Shown piece by piece: positions 58,062-64,000 of a DNA stretch of 64,000 nucleotides (position 1 is the stretch's first letter; every line of letters begins with the position of its first letter). The translations under genes and the position numbers were made by a program. The notes beneath the pieces were generated by a model. The model was not told the origin of the DNA. It did not search any database and saw only the letters and a program-made list of their open reading frames with translations. The stretch is from Gemmatimonadaceae bacterium (GTDB taxonomy: Bacteria > Gemmatimonadota > Gemmatimonadetes > Gemmatimonadales > Gemmatimonadaceae). The stretch covers positions 736,001 through 800,000 of the forward strand of contig JBHYGA010000004.1 in the NCBI GenBank assembly GCA_051859245.1, read 5' to 3'.

Positions 58062-59987
58062 TCAGCGCCTGGGTCCCGTCCACAGCGCGACAATTCCACA
58101 CGAGCCTCGGTTGGTGAGCGGAATCAACTCGGCCGGTGCGTTTGCGGTTGATGCATACACCTCGATCGCCATGACCTCGTTGCCACTGACATATGCGTCG
58201 AGGCTATTCCCGTCCATGAGCTTGCCGTCAAGCAGCACCTGCATGCGACATCCTCCGCGTCCGAACACGCTGCTTCCGCGCACCGTCACGTAGCGTTTGC
58301 CGTACAGCGCTTGCGCAATGTTTGCCTGCGCGCGCAACTCCAACTCTTCAGGCGCAACGAACTCTCCAACTATTGCACCTCGGCGCACGCGCTCCATGCG
58401 ATCATAGAAGCCAGTGCGCGACAGCGCGGTGTTGCGTGGTGCCACCGCGCGCACTTCCGACAGCGTGGGGTTTGCGGGCGACAACGATATCAGAAACGGC
58501 GCGGAGCTTGATGCACGCACCACGGAACCTTGGTACGGCCGAAATCCGATGCGTTGCACGCGCACATCCACGTCGAGTCGATCTGTTCGCGCCAGCAGCA
58601 CACGCCCGAGTGAGTCCGTCGCGCGCGCGGCGCTGTTCCCCACGTACACAAGCGCGTAGGGAATGGGATTGTTGCTGGCATCCCTGACGAGCAGCATGGC
58701 GCCAGACGAAGGCACAGTGAACGCTGACGAATCTGCGGTCGGTAAAGCCGTGACGATTTCACGCGCCGTGGTATCGGGCACACTCAACACCAGAGCTGAT
58801 GTATCGCGAGTCGTGTCACCAGCGATGTCAGCAGCAGGTATCGGGTCCGCGACCGCCACATCTGCTGAATACTGCACCTCACTGTTCACTGCAATGCTCA
58901 TCACCTCGCCCGAAATGTGTTGCCACCCGAGCAGCACTCGCTGCTCGGTGATCACTCGATCCGGATTCACAATGCTTCGCGGTGCGACCTCCACGCGCTT
59001 GGCAACTTTCGGCATGCGAATTTCCCAGCGACTCACAAACCACGCGCCGCTACGCAGCGAGTCGAACGCCATCCAGCCGCCTGGGTTCGCTTTTCGTGTC
59101 ACGGCGTCCAGGCCGAGATAACTGAACTCCATCTGCTGCAACGCGTACGTGGTGCGATCTAGCCACAACGTGCCCTGCACCTCGTTGACCCCACGTCGCG
59201 TGCGCACGGGTCGGAAACTCACGCCAATCCACTCCGGTTGTTCGGCGTGATCGTTGGCCAACTGCAAGCAGTAGTTCGAAAGAAAGCGGTCGTCCACCAA
59301 CACGTGGGCGTCCGGCGCCCGGTACACGGTGCTTCCGTCGGACTGATTGACGACGTACCCGCCCGCGACCAGTGAGTCCACTGACACACTCTGAAACGCA
59401 CGCAGCGAGTCCGTGATTTCTTCGGTCACGCCGCGTAGCGAATCAACGCGTTCACCACGCGCGTTCCAGTGTTCCGAGACGAGACGATACCGCGACTGAG
59501 GACGCCCGTCGTCCGACACCAGCTCCGACGACAAGAGCGCGGTGCGCGCCTGGGTGAACAGCTGCGCAACCAACGCGGCACCATCGGTGCGCGTACGGCA
59601 GCGGTTATCTGTTTGTGCTCGGAACGTCGCGAGCGTAATGCGCGCGTCAGGAAGTGTGGCACTCAGATCTTGGCGCGCCCCCGCAGCAACTCGCAGCGCG
59701 CCGAGTGTGTACGGTTGATGCCCGATACGCAGCGCGCGTACGATGATGGAGTCGGTCGTGACCGCCAGTCGAAACGTGCCGCGTTGTCCCGTCACTGCGC
59801 GGGCAACGAGCGCACCATCGCTGGCTCGGTTCACCGTGACGACAACACCACCCGCCAGTCGCGCGTCAGGCTCCGCGCGCAGCGTACCAACGATTCCCTG
59901 TGCGTGCAGTGGCGCGGCAACGCACAAGGCGATCGCCACACTGCAGAAGAAGTGCGTTCGGCAGAGTCTGTGCGAAACGTTTACCAC
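58062..59987 (-). CDS. Exported protein with two carboxypeptidase-regulatory-like domains and a C-terminal TonB-receptor plug-like domain, no barrel
   Basis: GGAGG RBS before GTG 59987; signal ending LHA-Q; RALRIGHQP and VQRIGFRP CarboxypepD_reg motifs; VLLDG..VMAIEVY..CGIVALWT plug end followed by stop. Confidence 0.8.
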   Translation of the reverse strand: MVNVSHRLCRTHFFCSVAIALCVAAPLHAQGIVGTLRAEPDARLAGGVVVTVNRASDGALVARAVTGQRGTFRLAVTTDSIIVRALRIGHQPYTLGALRVAAGARQDLSATLPDARITLATFRAQTDNRCRTRTDGAALVAQLFTQARTALLSSELVSDDGRPQSRYRLVSEHWNARGERVDSLRGVTEEITDSLRAFQSVSVDSLVAGGYVVNQSDGSTVYRAPDAHVLVDDRFLSNYCLQLANDHAEQPEWIGVSFRPVRTRRGVNEVQGTLWLDRTTYALQQMEFSYLGLDAVTRKANPGGWMAFDSLRSGAWFVSRWEIRMPKVAKRVEVAPRSIVNPDRVITEQRVLLGWQHISGEVMSIAVNSEVQYSADVAVADPIPAADIAGDTTRDTSALVLSVPDTTAREIVTALPTADSSAFTVPSSGAMLLVRDASNNPIPYALVYVGNSAARATDSLGRVLLARTDRLDVDVRVQRIGFRPYQGSVVRASSSAPFLISLSPANPTLSEVRAVAPRNTALSRTGFYDRMERVRRGAIVGEFVAPEELELRAQANIAQALYGKRYVTVRGSSVFGRGGCRMQVLLDGKLMDGNSLDAYVSGNEVMAIEVYASTANAPAELIPLTNRGSCGIVALWTGPRR

Positions 59988-60007
59988 CGACGGCCCTCCA
60001 ATCGCTG

Positions 60008-61180
60008 TTACCGCACCGCCATCACATGAATCACAAATGCGTCTTCGGTATCCCGAAGGTACAGCGTGTTGTCGCGCACCGCGAGCAACACCCGATCGCC
60101 AGGCAGCGTGACGCGATACGGCGATCCGGTGGCCGGAAACACGGTCCACACATTCTCCCGCACGACGGCCTTCGACGATAGCGAGCCACGCAGCGTCTGA
60201 AACACCGTCTCCACGCGTGCAGCACTCACCCACAGGGCGCCGTCGTTCGACGCTAGCGCACGTGTAGCGACAGAGTGAAGCGACGGTGTGTTCAGCAGCC
60301 GCGGAATTGGCGCATCGCTGTACCGCGGTGATGTACCGCCGCCGCTCATCGAGATCTGAAATCCCGAGCTGGCTACGCGACGTTGTGCAGTGCGCACATC
60401 GTCTGGTGTGACTTCGCGCGGTTCTTGGCGAATCGAGTCGGTGCGAATCGGTGTAAATCCGTTTGTTGTCACGCGCAACCAGCGTACCACGCCTGTATAC
60501 CCGTGAGCGATGGTCAACACGCTGTCGCCAAATAGTGCCCACGTCGCCTCTTGTCCAAATCCGGTGGACGAGAGTTCGGTTCGCGCGCCGGAGATTGAAA
60601 CGGCATGATCTGTACGCCATGACATCAGGGTGTCGATCCGGCCGCGCGCGTTAGTCAGAATCAGATGGCGAAAGTAGGGCTCGTTGCGAGGCGTCTGATC
60701 GTACGGCAAGCGGCCCTTTGCCAGCAGATCGGAGAACTCAAGCACGTGCCCGCTGCGCAATCCGAATCTCTCGTGGGTTGCGTCGGCGTCGCGCGTTGTG
60801 CCAATCCACCTCCCATCCGTGAGATAACGATGCTGACCGGCCACTTCGTCCGCCACGTAGATCGTATCACGGTGAATTCGTAGTGCCCACGGCTGCTGCA
60901 ACTCGCCGGGGCCTCCGCCTGCGTGTGCGATCGAGCGTGCACGTTTGCCGGTAGTGTCGAGCCGGTCGATCTGTTTGCTTGTGGCGTCGAACACGTAGAG
61001 CTGGCCGCGTGTATCCAGTGCCAGACCGGCCACTCGCCCCAGGGCATCGTCGATGCGCTCGCCAATGGTGCGCACGTGCCGGACCGTGCGCTCGGAAAAC
61101 GCCACGGGCGATTGGGCCGCAAGAGCTTCGCAGATCATGACACTTGCGCAGACCGCAGCAACCACCGTTTGTCTATGCAT
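60008..61180 (-). CDS. Exported 6-bladed beta-propeller (NHL-like) protein
   Basis: Signal peptide; LALDTRGQLYVFD, IAHAGGGPGELQQP, DTIYVAD. Confidence 0.8.
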   Translation of the reverse strand: MHRQTVVAAVCASVMICEALAAQSPVAFSERTVRHVRTIGERIDDALGRVAGLALDTRGQLYVFDATSKQIDRLDTTGKRARSIAHAGGGPGELQQPWALRIHRDTIYVADEVAGQHRYLTDGRWIGTTRDADATHERFGLRSGHVLEFSDLLAKGRLPYDQTPRNEPYFRHLILTNARGRIDTLMSWRTDHAVSISGARTELSSTGFGQEATWALFGDSVLTIAHGYTGVVRWLRVTTNGFTPIRTDSIRQEPREVTPDDVRTAQRRVASSGFQISMSGGGTSPRYSDAPIPRLLNTPSLHSVATRALASNDGALWVSAARVETVFQTLRGSLSSKAVVRENVWTVFPATGSPYRVTLPGDRVLLAVRDNTLYLRDTEDAFVIHVMAVR

Positions 61181-61308
61181 CCCGGCAACACCTCGAAACA
61201 ATGAAATCAAGTTTCTGCTCTGCCCCGGCGCTAAGCAGACGAGCCGTTGTTCTGACACCACCGCCATCCACGATGGATTCCCAGTCGCGAACGCCCAACG
61301 GAGCCAGA

Positions 61309-62472
61309 ATGTTCAAGCGCGGCGCACTGGTCGCACTCGGCTGCACAAGCCTGTTGGTAGCGCGCGTCGAGAGCCAGCCCCCAATCCCTGAACGTGATCT
61401 GAGCGCCGCGTACCGCACCTACGCCGCGCAGTTCACAGATATCGGCTACGCGCTGCCGCTCGCGAACGGTTCGCTCATGGTGGCCGACTTCGGTGAAATG
61501 ACACTCACGAGACTGGACGGACGAACCGGTGTCGCGCTCTCGGTGGGTCGAAAGGGCTCTGGTCCGAAAGAATATCAGGTGGCGGGTCAGTTGCTCCGTT
61601 TGCCGGGTGATACGATCGCCATGTACGACGCCGCGCAGTTGCGCATGCTGCTCGTTACGGCGGAGGGCGAGCCGATACGCACCGTTACGCTCTCAACAGA
61701 CCGACGCGAATTGCTCACCTTACCGCAGGCGTTCGCCACCGACGCGCGCGGACGCATTTACGCGCACGTATTTGCACGACCGGTTGGCGCTGCGAGAGAT
61801 TCCGCAACATCGCGAATCGACGTCGTGCGAATGCAGAATCTTGCCTCGTCAAAGTACGACACACTGGCAACGCTGTGGTTCGAACGATTGCCGCTGCTGC
61901 GCAAACCACTGGCTGATTCACAGACGCTACGAGTGAGTGTGAATCTCGCGTCGCTCTCTCCGTCAGACGCTGCAGTGGTCGCGCGCGACGGAACACTGCG
62001 CGTGATCAGGGGAGACGAATATCGCGTCGAGTTCATTGACGAGAACGGCACGCTGCAACGTGAGGTTCGTGTGCCAGGCGCTCGTTACCCGCTCCTGCCT
62101 GAAGAACGTCTCAAGATTGTACAGGAAACTCGCGACCAAACCGCGAAAGGCACCGCACACGCGCGTAGGCTACTCGATGCACGAACTCCAATACCGCGCG
62201 TTGTCATCGGGGAGCCTGACGAGTGGCCTGCGCAAAAACCGTACTTTCAGCTTGGCGCTCGGCTCAGCGACAATGGTTGGCTCTACATCCCAGTCAGTTG
62301 CGCCGAGCCCGACCGACAGTGCCTCGATGTGCTGAACCCCGACGGCGTGCGACACAACCGCTATCGACTTCCGAAACACGCGCGCTTTGTAACGGCGAGT
62401 GATCAGTTTGTGTTCGTCGTGCTGCGTGACGAGGATGATCTCGAGACGGTGGTCGCTTACCGCGCGCAGTGA
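61309..62472 (+). CDS. Exported 6-bladed beta-propeller-like protein
   Basis: GGAG RBS, signal peptide; VGRKGSGPKEYQ, LPGDTIAMYD, DARGRIY, WPAQKPYF, RDEDDLETV. Confidence 0.8.
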   Translation: MFKRGALVALGCTSLLVARVESQPPIPERDLSAAYRTYAAQFTDIGYALPLANGSLMVADFGEMTLTRLDGRTGVALSVGRKGSGPKEYQVAGQLLRLPGDTIAMYDAAQLRMLLVTAEGEPIRTVTLSTDRRELLTLPQAFATDARGRIYAHVFARPVGAARDSATSRIDVVRMQNLASSKYDTLATLWFERLPLLRKPLADSQTLRVSVNLASLSPSDAAVVARDGTLRVIRGDEYRVEFIDENGTLQREVRVPGARYPLLPEERLKIVQETRDQTAKGTAHARRLLDARTPIPRVVIGEPDEWPAQKPYFQLGARLSDNGWLYIPVSCAEPDRQCLDVLNPDGVRHNRYRLPKHARFVTASDQFVFVVLRDEDDLETVVAYRAQ

Positions 62473-62690
62473 GGCCGTATCCGACCCAAGCGCCGAGTCG
62501 TGCCACCGTCTGAACTGCTTAGCATCCTACGCGTACTGGTCAGCCCTCACGCACGGTGTGTATGTCTGCACCAGCAATCGCTCTCGCCTCTTCGGCCTTT
62601 CGCACCGGTCGCCACCTCGCAGCCAACACCGAGTGCGAGTTATCCCATTTGGACTTGCCCAAACCCTTGAAGCGTTCGCACAGGAACCGA

Positions 62691-63395
62691 TTGCCGGTCC
62701 GCGCACTACTGCTTGCGGGAGCCGCGGCACTAGTCGCTTCAAGGGTGGCTTCAGCGCAATCCGTAAACGGCAGCCAACCCGCCGAGACTGCGGCGCCGGC
62801 GGCGGCGCCCGTGTTGAACCGCGCAGATTGGCGCATCGGGCCGTACGTCGGTCGCGCGGCCCAGTCTCCCGTGACCGAACGACTCGGAACGACGCCCGGC
62901 CGGTCACATCTATTTCTAGGTGTGCAGGCCGCCACACCGGTGCTTCAACTCGGTCGACTCGATATTTCGTACGTCGCCCAGCTCCTGCCACTCGTCCGCT
63001 TCCAGGGACGTACCGCGCCCATCGGCTACGGCGGACTCACCAGCGACGACGGCCTGCTGCTCAGCCAGGACGTCGCCTACGCGGTGGGCATTTCGCCGTT
63101 CGGCATCGAGATGGCGTCACCACGCACGAATCGCGTCGCATTCTTTGCGGCCACGTCGGCCGGCGGGCTGTATTTTCGCGACCCGTATCCCATTCCCGAG
63201 TCGGGCCGCTTCAACTTCACGCTCGAGTACGGCGCCGGCGCGTTGATTCGTGTAGCCGACGCGCGTTGGATTCGCGCCGGCTACAAGTACCATCATCTGT
63301 CAAACGCGTACACGGCCCAGCAGAATCCCGGCGTGGACGGAAACGTGTGGTACGCGGGTTTTGAGTGGGGGCTCTCCCTGCCGCGGTCGCGCTGA
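62691..63395 (+). CDS. Acyloxyacyl hydrolase / lipid A 3-O-deacylase (PagL-like) outer membrane protein; start uncertain (62556-62691)
   Basis: FNFTLEYGAG..YKYHHLSNA..NPGVD catalytic His-Ser motif; signal peptide ending ASA-Q. Confidence 0.82.
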   Translation: MPVRALLLAGAAALVASRVASAQSVNGSQPAETAAPAAAPVLNRADWRIGPYVGRAAQSPVTERLGTTPGRSHLFLGVQAATPVLQLGRLDISYVAQLLPLVRFQGRTAPIGYGGLTSDDGLLLSQDVAYAVGISPFGIEMASPRTNRVAFFAATSAGGLYFRDPYPIPESGRFNFTLEYGAGALIRVADARWIRAGYKYHHLSNAYTAQQNPGVDGNVWYAGFEWGLSLPRSR

Positions 63396-63439
63396 GCAAG
63401 ATCCGGTCGTGAGCGAACGGCGGCGACACAGCACGAGCG

Positions 63440-64000
63440 TTACGAAAGTGGAAGATCAGCCGCCTGAGCAATCACACCGCCAAGTGCGCCCCGATGCTCT
63501 CGAGTATTCGCCCAATCGTCTTCCGACTGCGGCAGAAAGAACTCGCCGCTGCGACGATCCTGCAGCAGCGCACCGGGCTCTCGATGCGTGTTCGCCGCAT
63601 TGAACGCATCGGTCTCTGCAATCATGCGTCGGAAATGCAGCGCGGCGTCCTCAACGCTGTACGCTCCCGTGAAGCGAAGGTACGCGGCGTCTTCGGGCGT
63701 CAGCGTGCGTCGACGGAACTGTTCGAGATACGAAGCAGGATTGAGTCCGGGGTTCTTCTCGACAACGGCCCAAACCAACGCCGGAAACGGGAGGATATGA
63801 ACATCCGCGAAGATCACATCCACTACATCACGCGGCTCACGACGGTTGGCGAGTGCGACCAGCTTGTTGATTGCGAGATCGATCGGGTGCAGCATGACAC
63901 CGCCGCCCTCGATGGGAACCAGCGGCAGGAATCGCCACGAGGATTCGTGTGCCCAGTCCAGAACTGTCGATTCCTTCTCGCGGTGTACCACCGAAGGTTT
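63440..64000 (-). CDS. AbiEii/AbiGii-like nucleotidyltransferase family protein, C-terminal part (5' end outside window)
   Basis: DLAINKLVALANRREPRDVVD matches the K..A...R...RD..D signature of type IV toxin nucleotidyltransferases. Confidence 0.65.
   Translation of the reverse strand, partial: KPSVVHREKESTVLDWAHESSWRFLPLVPIEGGGVMLHPIDLAINKLVALANRREPRDVVDVIFADVHILPFPALVWAVVEKNPGLNPASYLEQFRRRTLTPEDAAYLRFTGAYSVEDAALHFRRMIAETDAFNAANTHREPGALLQDRRSGEFFLPQSEDDWANTREHRGALGGVIAQAADLPLS

Noticed and set aside
59988..60620. N-terminal extension of the 852-aa ORF 58062..60620
   Set aside because: It overlaps the propeller gene 60008-61180 in another frame; an RBS and signal peptide support a start at 59987
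62399..63364. 321-aa plus-strand ORF
   Set aside because: Arg-rich alternative frame over the PagL-like gene
1..64000. CRISPR array, tRNA/rRNA, integrase or transposase
   Set aside because: No repeat-spacer periodicity, RNA gene signature or recombinase/transposase motif recognised by eye; a covariance-model scan was not possible

Overview
High-GC bacterial chromosomal window. Its gene style (Ser/Thr kinase-TPR protein, BNR/VPS10 protein, plug-only TonB-receptor protein, several exported 6-bladed beta-propeller paralogues) suggests Gemmatimonadota; this is an inference. It is gene-dense, with about 44 CDSs, and I found no rRNA, tRNA, CRISPR array or transposase. Main contents in order: partial MoxR ATPase, exported aminopeptidase P, TetR/Old Yellow Enzyme pair, PAS hybrid kinase divergent from a degenerate GAF-GGDEF gene, animal-like ferrochelatase, translationally coupled rmuC-recC-recB-recD operon, ABC transporter with a permease-M1 peptidase fusion, SWIM-SNF2 helicase, ECF42-type sigma factor with two divergent YciI genes, TetR-TolC-MFP-RND efflux locus, a cluster of envelope proteins at 54-63 kb, and a partial AbiEii-like nucleotidyltransferase at the right edge. 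Most notable observations: apparent internal deletions in all three RecBCD subunits plus coupling to RmuC; mirror-image ECF42-type promoters; an unannotated strictosidine-synthase-like gene remnant; an octamer-periodic inverted repeat; and the propeller/plug-only cluster. Comparisons to reference proteins are from recall and need real alignments.
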